A stretch of DNA of 64,000 bases from an uncultured Gemmatimonadales bacterium (lineage in GTDB: Bacteria; Gemmatimonadota; Gemmatimonadetes; Longimicrobiales; RSA9). Positions 1 through 9,832 of the stretch are shown here, piece after piece (positions within the stretch are counted from its first letter, which is position 1; each line of letters starts with the position of its first letter). The notes beneath the pieces were generated by a model, which worked only from the letters and a program-made list of their open reading frames with translations, made no database searches and was not told the DNA's origin. The DNA lies in NCBI GenBank assembly GCA_963708135.1, contig OY970192.1:3200001-3264000 (forward strand). The letters run 5' to 3'. The position numbers and the translations under genes are program-made.

Positions 1-151
1 CCGCGTTGACGAGCTGGGCTAGCACGTCGTAGCGGGCCATGGTGAGCCCGTGCTCCTTGCGCATCTGCGCCTCGAGCTCATCCCACAGCCGGCTGTGGGT
101 GCGGACGAAGGACAGCCAGGCGGGCATCCAGCGCTCATAGCTCTCGGCCAT
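1..151 (-). CDS. MarR-family transcriptional regulator, N-terminal part (runs off the window edge)
   Basis: Manual translation from ATG at 151: MAESYERWMPAWLSFVRTHSRLWDELEAQMRKEHGLTMARYDVLAQLVNA, a typical MarR N-terminus (GLT..YDVL..L). Not in the ORF track because it is truncated. Confidence 0.8.
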   Translation of the reverse strand, partial: MAESYERWMPAWLSFVRTHSRLWDELEAQMRKEHGLTMARYDVLAQLVNA

Positions 152-157
152 ACGGGG

Positions 158-202
158 AGTCTAGCCAAAATACTTGACATGTCAAGTACATCGGCGTAGC
201 AT
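158..202. promoter_or_regulatory. Divergent sigma70 promoters overlapping an 18-bp perfect palindromic operator
   Basis: TACTTGACATGTCAAGTA at 171-188 is a perfect palindrome. Plus strand: TTGACA(174-179)-17bp-TAGCAT(197-202). Minus strand: TTGACA(185-180)-16bp-TAGACT(163-158). Confidence 0.8.
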
Positions 203-248
203 TGCGCCGGTGGCCGGTAACCATCCCCTGCGATCAGGAGCAACGATC

Positions 249-545
249 ATGGCCGAGGTCATCGTCATCGAGTTCGCGGCAGCCGGTGCCGCCAGCATCT
301 ACCCGCGCGTGAACCGGATCCTGGGATGGGACGGCGTGCCCGGTCCCGAGGTCAGGCCGGAAGGCCTCATCAGCTCGATCGCCGGCGAATCGGGCGACAA
401 GCTGATCGTTGTCGAGGTATGGGAGTCCAGGGAGTTTCAGCAGAGGTTCATGGAGTCGCAGCTCGGCCCCGCGCTCGCGGAGGCCAGGGCCGCCCAGCCG
501 TCGCGCGTCGAGTGGTTCAACGAGGTGATCGACTTTCACCTGTAG
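249..545 (+). CDS. Small dimeric alpha+beta barrel (ABM-like) protein
   Basis: AGGAG RBS at 236-240 and ATG at 249; PEGLISSIAG...LIVVEVWESRE...RFM pattern typical of ABM-like proteins. Confidence 0.7.
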   Translation: MAEVIVIEFAAAGAASIYPRVNRILGWDGVPGPEVRPEGLISSIAGESGDKLIVVEVWESREFQQRFMESQLGPALAEARAAQPSRVEWFNEVIDFHL

Positions 546-599
546 TGCACGGTCCTTCCGGCAGCCTGGCCGGAGGCCGGGATTCCATCAAGCGGGGAG

Positions 600-800
600 G
601 TGTCCGATGTTCGCGGTGCGGTTGGCCTGCACGGCTGGTGGCTGGTGGATCGGGACACAGGCCGGCGTCTGACGGTGATGGTGTGGGACACCCGGGAGCA
701 GTACGACGCCGGCATGGCACGCATCCAGGAGGCGCGCGCCAGGGACCCCGACCGCCGCCGGCCCGCTCCGAGCGCAGTGGCGCGCTTCGAGGTGTACTGA
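600..800 (+). CDS. Small ABM-like protein, possibly N-terminally truncated
   Basis: GGGAGG RBS then GTG; GWWLVDRDTGRRLTVMVWDTRE...ARFEVY resembles the C-terminal half of ABM-like barrels. Confidence 0.5.
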   Translation: MSDVRGAVGLHGWWLVDRDTGRRLTVMVWDTREQYDAGMARIQEARARDPDRRRPAPSAVARFEVY

Positions 801-1477
801 TCCGTGGGCGGAGGTAGCTGAGGGACGGTGCGAGAATCCAGGCGCGGCGGGCGGCCGATCACATCGTCCAGCATCACTCGCCTCGCGCGATGTGCCGTGG
901 GATCGGAGTAAAGCGCGCCGACATGGCGCCGGGCCAGGGCACCCGGCGGCCCGCCGCCGGGCGCCTTCACCGCGCGTGAGCACCACCACGCCGGCGATCA
1001 CGACGCCGGCCGCGAGCCAGTGCGGCTCAGCCCCGCGGCTCGGGCGCCCTCCGAGCAGGAGCGCGATCCGTCGGCGAAGGGGCCGCCCTCTCGGACGCGA
1101 CAGACTTCGAGGCCGCGGGCGGCCGCGACCTCCCGTTCGTGGCGGCCCGAGGAGGCTTCGCCTCCCGAACGTTCCGGGCTCGTACGCCTCGATCGCCTCG
1201 CCAACAGCGCCGCCACCCACGACGGTGCCGGCCCCCTTCCCTCCACCCAACCCCTCATGCGGCCGGCCTCCGCTCGCCCGCATTGCCATCCGCCTCCGCG
1301 GCCACCGCCGGCCCGGTCGGGTACTCCGCCGCCACGTGCCCCACCAGGTGCGCGTGCATCTCGCCCGTCGACTCGACGAACAACACCCATCCGCGCGCCC
1401 ACGCCCGAACCAGCCGTCGCACCACCCCTCGCACGCCGCCCCGCCGTGCCGCCGCCGCTCCGCTCCTCGCCTCGCGC

Positions 1478-2074
1478 ATGCCCGTCGGCGGCAACCTCGC
1501 GCTGGACCTGGCGAACACGGCCAGCGCGCGCGAGCGGCCGCAGGTGCACGAGAAGCTGCACACGTATGCGGACGTGGTGGTGTGGGCGGAGCGCACGGGG
1601 GTGCTGGGGCCGGAGCGGGCGGCGCGGCTGCGCGCGGAGGCCGAGGCCCGCCCGGCGGAGGCGGCGGTGGTGCTGGCGCGGACGCTGGAGCTGCGCGAGG
1701 CCATCTATCGGGTGCTCTCCTCCGTGGCGGTGGCGGCCTCGCCCGCGCCCGCCGACGTGGCGGTGCTGAACCAGTACGTGGAGGAGGCGGGGTCGCACCG
1801 CCGGCTGCGGGGTGGCGAGCGCGGCTTCGAGTGGGGCTGGGGCGAAGGCGACGAGCCGCTGGCGCAGCTGCTCTGGCCCGCGGCATGGGCGGCGGCGGAG
1901 CTGCTGGCGGAGGGAGAGCTTGGGCGCGTGAAGCAGTGCGGCAACGATGGCTGCAACTGGCTGTTCGTCGATCTCAGCCGCAACCGGAGCCGCCGCTGGT
2001 GCGACATGAAGGACTGTGGCAACCGCGCGAAGGCGCGACGGCACTACGCGCGGCGGCGGAGAGGTACCGGCTGA
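1478..2074 (+). CDS. ABATE/CGNR zinc-finger domain protein
   Basis: GGNLALDLANT N-terminal motif and C-terminal CGNDGCNWLFVDLSRNRSRRWCDMKDCGNRAK. Start chosen at ATG 1478 inside ORF 1139..2074. Confidence 0.9.
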   Translation: MPVGGNLALDLANTASARERPQVHEKLHTYADVVVWAERTGVLGPERAARLRAEAEARPAEAAVVLARTLELREAIYRVLSSVAVAASPAPADVAVLNQYVEEAGSHRRLRGGERGFEWGWGEGDEPLAQLLWPAAWAAAELLAEGELGRVKQCGNDGCNWLFVDLSRNRSRRWCDMKDCGNRAKARRHYARRRRGTG

Positions 2075-2297
2075 AGCCACCGGGCGCTGCGCAAGACGCT
2101 CCCGCCGAGGCACGGTCGAGAGTCCGGACCAGCCGAGGCAGAGAGGCAGCACGGCTGAGGAGAGGTCCCCGCGGAGCGGTCGTCCCCGCCCGCCGGGGCA
2201 CACGGCTTGCCCCATTTTCCAGACTGATGGACCGGCAAAGCTACCGCAGTCTTCGAGGCCCTTACTCGAGGACCGACCCGAGCAGAGGGAGGGAACA

Positions 2298-2858
2298 GTG
2301 GCCGAGAATCAAGACCGCCAGCGTGACGATACGTCGCGTGGCCCGACCCCGGGCGAGGAGGAATTCTACGACACGGAGGGCGCCGAATGGAGCGCCGGAG
2401 ACGAGCCCCTCGGTGCCGCCGGCGCCGCGCCTGCCGCGCCCCGGCGGGAGCGCGAGGAGACCCGGGTCGGGAAAGGGGATCCTCTCGACCCCTCCGGCCG
2501 CTTCGACGAGTCCCGCAGGGGGATCTCGCGTGGGCGGGCGGCGCCTCGCGACGTCGTCGCGGAGCCCGGCTCCGAGCCCTCCGGGAGCGCCGGTCGGCTC
2601 TTCGCCGACGAGGAGGCGGCCAGCCTGCGCGCCCGCTGGGACAGCATCCAGACGGAGTTCGTGGATGAGCCTCGCGTCGCCGTGGAGCAGGCCGACGGCC
2701 TCGTCGTCGATGTCGTCCAGCGCCTGACCGACGGCTTCAGCGGCGAGCGTGCCCGCCTGGAGCAGCAATGGGACCGGGGCGACTCCGTCTCCACGGAGGA
2801 CCTGCGCGTGGCGCTGAAGCGCTATCGCGCCTTCTTCGACCGCCTCCTGTCCATCTGA
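2298..2858 (+). CDS. Conserved hypothetical protein
   Basis: GGAGGG RBS then GTG; the C-terminal LRARWDSIQTEFVDEPRVAVEQAD...STEDLRVALKRYRAFFDRLL looks like a conserved domain, preceded by a disordered N-terminus. Confidence 0.75.
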   Translation: MAENQDRQRDDTSRGPTPGEEEFYDTEGAEWSAGDEPLGAAGAAPAAPRREREETRVGKGDPLDPSGRFDESRRGISRGRAAPRDVVAEPGSEPSGSAGRLFADEEAASLRARWDSIQTEFVDEPRVAVEQADGLVVDVVQRLTDGFSGERARLEQQWDRGDSVSTEDLRVALKRYRAFFDRLLSI

Positions 2859-2865
2859 GCGGGCC

Positions 2866-2909
2866 GGCCGCGGCGAGGGCTTCGGCCCCGCCGCGGCCTT
2901 CTCCGTTTT
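2866..2909 (+). terminator. Possible intrinsic terminator hairpin
   Basis: GGCCGCGGCG-A-GGGC-TTCG-GCCC-CGCCGCGGCC followed by TTCTCCGTTTT. Confidence 0.45.
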
Positions 2910-2915
2910 CCAACC

Positions 2916-4445
2916 ATGCTCCTCTCCGACCTGGTCCACGCCTCCGACCGCGCCGCGGCGACCTCCTCGCGCAACGAGAAGATCGCGATCCTGGCCGACG
3001 CGCTCCGCCGCGCCACGCCCGAAGACGAGGCGATCGCCGTCGCCTGGCTGAGCGGCACGCTGCCCCAGGGAAGGATCGGGCTCGGCCCGGCGGCGGTGCG
3101 GGAGGCGTGGCCGCCGGCCGCGGCGACGTCGCCTGAAGTCACGGTGTCCGAGGTGGACGCGGCGTTCGCGCGCATGGCCGCGCTCGAGGGCGCGGGCTCG
3201 ACGGCGGAGCGCGTCCGTCTCCTCGCCGCCCTCCTCGCCCGCGCGACCGCTCGGGAGCAGGACTTCCTCGCCCGTCTCGTCCTCGGGGAGCTGCGGCAGG
3301 GCGCGCTCGAATCGCTCGTCGCCGACGCGGTGGCGAAGGCGACAGGCGTGGCGGCGTCGCGGGTCCGGCGCGCCCTCCAGCTCTCCGGCGACCTCCCGAC
3401 GGTGGCGGCCGCGGCCCGGCGAGGCGGCGTGCACGCGCTGGACTCCTTCGGCGTGCGGCTCTTCCGTCCCGTCCAGCCGATGCTCGCCTCCACCGCCGAG
3501 GATCCCGACGACGCGCTCGCGAGGCTCGGCACCGCCTCGCTCGACTGGAAGCTCGACGGCGCGCGCATCCAGGTGCACCGGCAGGGCGACGAGGTGCGCA
3601 TCTACAGCCGTCGCCTGAACGAGGTGACCCACGCCGCGCCGGAGCTCGTGGAAGCCGTGCGCGCGCTCCCCGCCTCGTCGCTCGTGCTGGATGGCGAGGC
3701 CGTCGCGCTCGCGCCTGACCGACGGCCGCGGCCGTTCCAGGAGACGATGCGCCGCTTCGGCCGCCGCCTCGATGTGGACCGCATGCGCCGCGAGTTGCCG
3801 CTCTCGCCGTTCTTCTTCGACCTGCTCTATGTCGATGGCAGCTCGCTCATCGACCAGCCGTCCGAGGAACCCTTCGCCGCGCTGGACGCGCTGGTCGCTC
3901 CGCGGGAGCGCGTGCCGCGGCTCGTCACAGGCGACGCCGGGGCCGCCGCCGACTTCCTGCGCGCCGCGCGCCGCGCGGGCCACGAGGGGCTCGTCGCCAA
4001 GGCGCTCGACGCAACATACGACGCCGGGCGCCGCGGTGGCGCGTGGCTCAAGCTGAAGCCCGCCGATACGCTCGACCTCGTCGTCCTCGCCGCCGAGTGG
4101 GGACACGGCCGCCGCAAGGGCTGGCTCAGCAACCTGCACCTCGGCGCGCGCGATGCCGGGGGCGGCGGCTTCGTGATGCTCGGAAAGACCTTCAAGGGGA
4201 TGACGGACCGCGTGCTCGAGTGGCAGACGCGGGAGCTGCTCGCGCGCGAGCTGGGGCGCGAGCGGCATGTCGTGCACGTGCGCCCGGAGCTGGTCGTGGA
4301 GGTCGCGTTCGAGGGGCTCCAGACGAGCCCCCGCTACCCCGCCGGCCTCGCCCTCCGCTTCGCCCGCATCAAGCGCTACCGCACCGACAAGACCGCCGCG
4401 GAGGCGGACACGATCGCGAGGGTGAGGGAGATCGCCGCGCGCTGA
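2916..4445 (+). CDS. ligB: ATP-dependent DNA ligase (LigB-type)
   Basis: KLDG adenylation motif, VLDGE, FDLL, EGLVAK, WLKLK and ALRFARI motifs; 509 aa. Confidence 0.93.
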   Translation: MLLSDLVHASDRAAATSSRNEKIAILADALRRATPEDEAIAVAWLSGTLPQGRIGLGPAAVREAWPPAAATSPEVTVSEVDAAFARMAALEGAGSTAERVRLLAALLARATAREQDFLARLVLGELRQGALESLVADAVAKATGVAASRVRRALQLSGDLPTVAAAARRGGVHALDSFGVRLFRPVQPMLASTAEDPDDALARLGTASLDWKLDGARIQVHRQGDEVRIYSRRLNEVTHAAPELVEAVRALPASSLVLDGEAVALAPDRRPRPFQETMRRFGRRLDVDRMRRELPLSPFFFDLLYVDGSSLIDQPSEEPFAALDALVAPRERVPRLVTGDAGAAADFLRAARRAGHEGLVAKALDATYDAGRRGGAWLKLKPADTLDLVVLAAEWGHGRRKGWLSNLHLGARDAGGGGFVMLGKTFKGMTDRVLEWQTRELLARELGRERHVVHVRPELVVEVAFEGLQTSPRYPAGLALRFARIKRYRTDKTAAEADTIARVREIAAR

Positions 4446-4784
4446 GGGGGCGGCGCCGGGGCGCGGGGAATTTTTCGGCGTCCGGCGATCGCCACCCACC
4501 GGCCAGCACCCGCATCCCGCGTCCCGCGCCCCGCGTCCCGACGAACATTGTCCTTCGCCCCCTCATTGACCACAATGACGGTAGAGTTCCTGATGGCGCC
4601 GCGAAGCTGCCGGAGCAGCCGTCGAACGCTCCCCCTGAGAGTCGCCGTTCACGAGCCGCCCCCGCCGGCGCGCGCCCCGAGGCCGCCGCGGGTGGGGACG
4701 CTGATCCGGCTCCATTCCGAATCTGGGCGAGGTAAATGAGCGGCCATGAGGCAGGATGAGGAATCCGACGGGAGGCCACCGTCC

Positions 4785-7457
4785 ATGAGCGTGACCGAAG
4801 AGCTGCACGCGGCGCTCACGGGCCGCTACGCCATCGAGCGCGAGCTCGGCGCCGGCGGGATGGCCAGCGTCTATCTCGCCGAGGATCTCAGGCACCACCG
4901 CAAGGTGGCCATCAAGGTGCTGCACGCCGAGCTCTCGGCGGTGCTCGGGCCCGAGCGATTCCTCAAGGAGATCGAGCTCACGGCGGGGCTCCAGCACCCC
5001 CACATCCTGCCGCTCTTCGACAGCGGGAGCGCCGACGGGCTTCTCTACTACGTGATGCCGTACGTGGCCGGGGAGAGCCTGCGCGACCGCCTCGACCGGG
5101 AGGGGCAGCTGCCGGTCGCGGAGGCGGTCCGGATCGCCACGGAGACGGCCGACGCCCTCGACTACGCGCACCGCGGCGGCATCGTGCACCGCGACATCAA
5201 GCCCGAGAACATCCTGCTCCACGACGGTCACGTGGCGGTGGCGGACTTCGGCATCGCCCTCGCCGTCGAGCACGCAGGCACGCAGCGCCTGACGGCAACG
5301 GGGCTCTCGCTCGGCACGCCGCAGTACATGGCGCCCGAGCAGGCGACGGGGGAGCGCCGCATCGACGCGCGCGCCGACATCTACGCCCTGGGCGCCATCA
5401 CCTACGAGATGCTGGCCGGCGTGCCGCCATTCACCGGGCCCACCGCGCAGTCGATTCTCGCGCAGGTGATCACCTCCGACCCGCCCTCGCTCGTGGCGCA
5501 GCGCAGGAGCGTGCCGCCCCACCTCGAGGCGGCGGTGGCGCACGCGCTCGAGAAGCTGCCGGCGGATCGGTTCGCGACGGCCCGGGAGTTCGCCCTGGCC
5601 CTGGCGGGAGACGGCAGTGGTCTCGATGTGCGGTACGCGGGCCACGCGGGGCATTCCGTGACCGCGGTGCCGGCGCGCGCCCGCCTGGTGGCCCGGGCCC
5701 GGCAGGCGGCGCCATGGGCAGTCACGGCGGTCGCGCTCCTCGCGCTGGCGGGCGTGTCCTGGCGCGCCACGCACGCCCCCGCCGCCGCGCCGGTGCGCTT
5801 CGCGCTGTCGCTTCCTCCGGATCAGCACCTCGTGACCCGGGGATTACCGGTCGCGTTCTCGCCCGATGGGACGGCGCTCGCCTACGTCGCGACGACGGAC
5901 ACCGGACAGCAGGCCGCACTGTACTACAGGCCGCTCGGAGCACTCGAAGCGCGACAGCTGGCCGGCACCGAAGGCGCCTTCGGGCCCTTCTTCTCCCCCG
6001 ATGGCCAGTGGGTGGGCTTCTTCGTCGGAGAGCCGGGCGGCTACGTCCTGAAGAAGGTCCCGGTCGTATCCGGCGGAGCCGTCACGGTCGCGCCGGCGCC
6101 CAATGTCGCAGGCGGCGCCTGGGGGAGCAGCGACGTGATCGTCTTCGGCTCGCTAAGGGGCCTGTTCCGGGTCCCGGCCTCCGGCGGCACACCCGAGCTG
6201 GCGATCGCGGTCGACAACGCTAAAGGCGAGAAGACCTACCTGGAGCCGCACTTCCTCCCCGGCGGCCAGACGGTTCTCTTCGGGATCAGCTACTCCGCCG
6301 CCAGTGCCGACCGCGTCGGTGTAGCATCGCTCCGCTCGGGCAAGCGCGCCACCCTCGACCTGAACGGTCTCGTGAACGGCTACCTCGACGGCCACCTCAT
6401 CATCGCCGTGCGGCAGGGCGGGGGCGCGATCGGGTTGGCCGCCGTGCCGTTCGACCTCCGGCGCTGGCGCGTCGCCGGGCCCGCGGTGCCGCTGGTGAGC
6501 GACGTGGTCGGATCCTCCTTGTCCGACAACGGCTCGCTCGTCTACCTCCGCGGCGGCGGCCGGAACCGGTTGGTGTTCCTGGACGAGCGTGGCGCCCTCA
6601 CGCGAGATTCGGCTCCGCAGGGACCCTACGCCACGCCGCGCTTCTCGCCGGACGGCACCCGGATCGCGCTGGAGGGGAGAGGGACCGACTGGATCTATGA
6701 CATCGCCTCGGGCGCGCTGTCCCGAGCCACTGCCCGCGCGTCCGCAACATTTCCGGGCTGGACGCCGGATGGGCGGCACATCGTGTATCCGGTGTCGCCG
6801 AACGGCACGTACCAGGCGAGGAGGGAGCTGTGGTGGGTTCCAGCTGACGCAAGCGGACCGGAGGAGCGGCTGTACACCCTCCCGCAAGGCTTTGTCTTCG
6901 ACTGGTGCCCGACCTTCACGCCGGACGGCGCCAGCCTTGCCGAAGAGGTGACCTCCCTGCGCACACTGCGCCACGGCCTCTGGCGACTGACGCGCACCCA
7001 GGCGGGGCAATGGCAGGGCGCCCCTCTCTTCGAGTCCAACTTCAACGTCGAGGACCCGCGCCTCTCGCCCGATGGCCGATGGCTCGCGTACGACTCGGAC
7101 GAGACCGGCCGTTCGGAGGTGTACGTCCGGCCCTTCCCGGGCCCCGGCGGACGCGTGCAGGTCTCGGCCCGCGGCGGCGCGTTCCCGATGTGGTCCCCGG
7201 ACGGGCGGCGGCTCTACTACCAGCCCCCGGCCCGGGGCGGCCGGCTGCGCGTCGCCTCCCTGTCCTTCACACCCGCGCTCGCCGTGCGCGCCCGCGGCGA
7301 CGGCTTCGCCGAATCGGACGGCCCCGGTGAAATCGACCTGCGACCGGACGGCAAGGGCTTCGTGGCGGTTCGGGCCGCCACGCCAAGCCGCGAGGCGATC
7401 GTCGTGCTCAACTGGCGCGAGGAGCTGCGCCGGAAGCTGGCGGCGGCGGAGCGGTGA
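4785..7457 (+). CDS. Ser/Thr protein kinase with transmembrane segment and TolB/PD40 beta-propeller
   Basis: GAGGMASV, VAIK, HRDIKPEN, DFG and APE motifs; TM helix PWAVTAVALLALAGV; repeated FSPDG motifs. GGAGG RBS before ATG 4785. Confidence 0.92.
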   Translation: MSVTEELHAALTGRYAIERELGAGGMASVYLAEDLRHHRKVAIKVLHAELSAVLGPERFLKEIELTAGLQHPHILPLFDSGSADGLLYYVMPYVAGESLRDRLDREGQLPVAEAVRIATETADALDYAHRGGIVHRDIKPENILLHDGHVAVADFGIALAVEHAGTQRLTATGLSLGTPQYMAPEQATGERRIDARADIYALGAITYEMLAGVPPFTGPTAQSILAQVITSDPPSLVAQRRSVPPHLEAAVAHALEKLPADRFATAREFALALAGDGSGLDVRYAGHAGHSVTAVPARARLVARARQAAPWAVTAVALLALAGVSWRATHAPAAAPVRFALSLPPDQHLVTRGLPVAFSPDGTALAYVATTDTGQQAALYYRPLGALEARQLAGTEGAFGPFFSPDGQWVGFFVGEPGGYVLKKVPVVSGGAVTVAPAPNVAGGAWGSSDVIVFGSLRGLFRVPASGGTPELAIAVDNAKGEKTYLEPHFLPGGQTVLFGISYSAASADRVGVASLRSGKRATLDLNGLVNGYLDGHLIIAVRQGGGAIGLAAVPFDLRRWRVAGPAVPLVSDVVGSSLSDNGSLVYLRGGGRNRLVFLDERGALTRDSAPQGPYATPRFSPDGTRIALEGRGTDWIYDIASGALSRATARASATFPGWTPDGRHIVYPVSPNGTYQARRELWWVPADASGPEERLYTLPQGFVFDWCPTFTPDGASLAEEVTSLRTLRHGLWRLTRTQAGQWQGAPLFESNFNVEDPRLSPDGRWLAYDSDETGRSEVYVRPFPGPGGRVQVSARGGAFPMWSPDGRRLYYQPPARGGRLRVASLSFTPALAVRARGDGFAESDGPGEIDLRPDGKGFVAVRAATPSREAIVVLNWREELRRKLAAAER

Positions 7458-7583
7458 CGAGCGCCGCGCCGCTAACCCGCCGGCCCCGCCCTCGGCTTCG
7501 CCCGCATCGAGCGCTGCCGCCCCGACAAGCCGGCCCCCGGGCCCTGCACCATCGCGAGGGTGAGGGAGATGGCGGGACGCTGA
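7456..7583 (+). pseudogene. Degenerate duplicate of the ligase 3' end (4322-4445)
   Basis: Shares GCTTCGCCCGCATC and the exact 20-mer ATCGCGAGGGTGAGGGAGAT with 4322-4445, and ends in the same GCTGA. Confidence 0.8.
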
Positions 7584-7606
7584 GCCGGCCGGGCTGCCCC
7601 GACCGG

Positions 7607-7894
7607 TCAGAAGCTCGCGACGACCTCGCGCACCTCGACCGTGCGGAACTTCACGCCCTCCGGCGCCCCGCGAGGCGCTTCGCCGACCCTGAGCATCGAC
7701 GCCATCGCCTTCGCCGCCGACTCGTCCGGGAAGACGATCACCCCAATGCCGCGACCGCCCTGCGGGCTCAGCCAGAACCCCATCGAGGCGCCCTGCGACC
7801 TGGCCATCGGGATGGCCGTGTCGTTCAACGTCTGCCGCGCCTGGTCCTGCGACGCCCCCCCGGGCACGTCCACCTCGGTGAAAACCGCGTACAT
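7607..7894 (-). CDS. Small hypothetical protein, probable alpha+beta barrel
   Basis: AAGGAGG RBS; MYAVFTEVDV...GFWLSPQGGRGIGVIVFPDE...EVREVVASF. Confidence 0.75.
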   Translation of the reverse strand: MYAVFTEVDVPGGASQDQARQTLNDTAIPMARSQGASMGFWLSPQGGRGIGVIVFPDESAAKAMASMLRVGEAPRGAPEGVKFRTVEVREVVASF

Positions 7895-8176
7895 GGCCCC
7901 TCCTTCCGCTCGGTAGAGTACTGGTCACGCGAATGCGAGACTCTGCCTGTCCCGCGTCGAAACGTCAATAGTGGTCCCGCCGCCCACCCGGACCCTGCAG
8001 AAAGGTCCGCCCACACGCACAGCCGCCGGCCGGGCGCGCTCGGCGCCGCCGCCGCGGTTGCCCGGCAGGGAGGGATAGCGCACCCGGGGGCTTGCGGCAA
8101 GACGGCGGTCGTGCCGCACTGTTCGGGGCCGAACGATCCATGAGAGACGCTGGGACCGACGGAAACGGGAGTCGCA

Positions 8177-9643
8177 ATGATCGAGCATGAGGTGGTGATC
8201 GCCGGAGGAGGTCCGACGGGGCTGATGCTGGCGGGGGAGCTGGCGCTGGCGGGTGTGGATGTCGCCATCGTGGAGCGACGCGCCGGCCAGGATCTCGTCG
8301 GCTCGCGCGCGGGCGGGCTGCACGCACGCACCATCGAGGTCCTCGATCAGCGCGGAATCGCCGATCGCTTCCTGTCGCAGGGGAAGGTGGCCCAGGTCGC
8401 GGCTTTCGCCTGGATCCCTCTGGACATCAGCGACTTTCCCACGCGGCACAACTACGGGCTCGCGCTGTGGCAGACCCACATCGAGCGCATTCTCGCCGCC
8501 TGGGTCGCCGAGCTGGCGGTGCCGATCTATCGCGGGCGTGAGGTGACCGGTTTCGGGCAGGACGACGCCGGCGTCGACGTCCAGCTGTCCGACGGCCAGT
8601 CGCTGCGGGCGGACTACCTCGTCGGGTGCGACGGCGGACGCAGCCTGGTCCGGAAGGCCGCCGGCATCGACTTCCCCGGGTGGGAGGCGACGACCAGCAA
8701 CCTGATCGCCGAGGTCGAGCTGGCCGAGGAGCCGGAATGGGGCCTGGGCCGCGACGCCCGCGGCATCCATTCGCTGAGCAGGCTGGCGGATGGGGGGCCG
8801 GTGCGAGTCCTCGTGACCGAACGGCGCCTCGGCCGGACCGGCGAACCCACCCTGCGCGATCTCAGCGACGAGCTCGTCGCCGTGTACGGGACCGACTACG
8901 GCGTCCACAGTCCCACCTGGATCTCGCGATTCACCGACATGGCTCGGCAGGCGGCTTCCTACCGCAAGCGACGGGTGCTGCTGGCCGGCGACGCCGCGCA
9001 CGTCCATTACCCGGTGGGCGGACAGGGCCTCAACATCGGCGTGCAGGATGCGGTGAATCTCGGGTGGAAGCTGGGCCGTGTCGTCGGGAAGACGTCGCCG
9101 GAAAGCCTCCTCGATACGTACCATGCCGAGCGCCACCCCGTGGCTGCCCGCGTGCTGCGCGACACGATGGCGCAGGTCGCGCTGCTCCGCACGGATGACC
9201 GCACCAACGCGCTGCGCGAGATCGTCACCGAGCTGCTCGGCATGGACGAGCCTCGCCAGCGGCTCGCCGCCAGGATGTCCGGCCTCGACATTCATTACGA
9301 TCTCGGCGTGGGACACCCGCTGCTCGGGCGCCGCGTGCCCGATCTCGACCTGGTCGCCGCCGACGGCCCGCTGCGCCTCTTCTCCCTCCTGCACGATGCC
9401 CGGCCGGTGCTCCTCGACCTCGGTGAGCCCGGCGGCTTCGACATCAGTCCATGGGCAGGTCGCGTTCAGTCGCTGGAGGCCAGGTACGAGGGCAGGTGGG
9501 AGCTTCCCGTGATCGGCGAGGTCACCCCGCCGGCGGCCGTGTTGATTCGGCCGGACGGATACGTGGCCTGGGTGGGCGACGGAACGACGGTCGGGCTTTC
9601 CGACGCGCTGACCACCTGGTTCGGACCGCCTGCTGCGGCGTAG
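8177..9643 (+). CDS. FAD-dependent aromatic monooxygenase (PheA/TfdB/Rox-like)
   Basis: GGGPTG Rossmann motif, CDGGRS, LAGDAAHVH..GGQGLN, C-terminal LIRPDGYVAW. Confidence 0.92.
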   Translation: MIEHEVVIAGGGPTGLMLAGELALAGVDVAIVERRAGQDLVGSRAGGLHARTIEVLDQRGIADRFLSQGKVAQVAAFAWIPLDISDFPTRHNYGLALWQTHIERILAAWVAELAVPIYRGREVTGFGQDDAGVDVQLSDGQSLRADYLVGCDGGRSLVRKAAGIDFPGWEATTSNLIAEVELAEEPEWGLGRDARGIHSLSRLADGGPVRVLVTERRLGRTGEPTLRDLSDELVAVYGTDYGVHSPTWISRFTDMARQAASYRKRRVLLAGDAAHVHYPVGGQGLNIGVQDAVNLGWKLGRVVGKTSPESLLDTYHAERHPVAARVLRDTMAQVALLRTDDRTNALREIVTELLGMDEPRQRLAARMSGLDIHYDLGVGHPLLGRRVPDLDLVAADGPLRLFSLLHDARPVLLDLGEPGGFDISPWAGRVQSLEARYEGRWELPVIGEVTPPAAVLIRPDGYVAWVGDGTTVGLSDALTTWFGPPAAA

Positions 9644-9832
9644 CGCACGGCGCGCCCAGGCGACCGGACGTCGGCGCGAGCTCGGGTTGGCTCCGGTCCG
9701 GGTTCGCTTCTTGCGCTCTGGACGGGGTCAGCGCCGGCCATACCATCCCACGACGAGAGCAGGTTGGACATGGACAAGTCGGACCTCACGCGCCTGGTGG
9801 CGCAACGCGGCGGGCGCCGCCGCCGCTGAGTC

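Noticed and set aside
960..1070. EamA/DMT transporter remnant on the minus strand (IALLLGG...WLAAGVVIAGVVVLTR)
   Set aside because: One hydrophobic stretch only; plausible beside a CGNR gene but too short to support.
8177..9643. Calling the monooxygenase rifampicin monooxygenase (rox)
   Set aside because: Family similarity only; substrate cannot be inferred without phylogeny.
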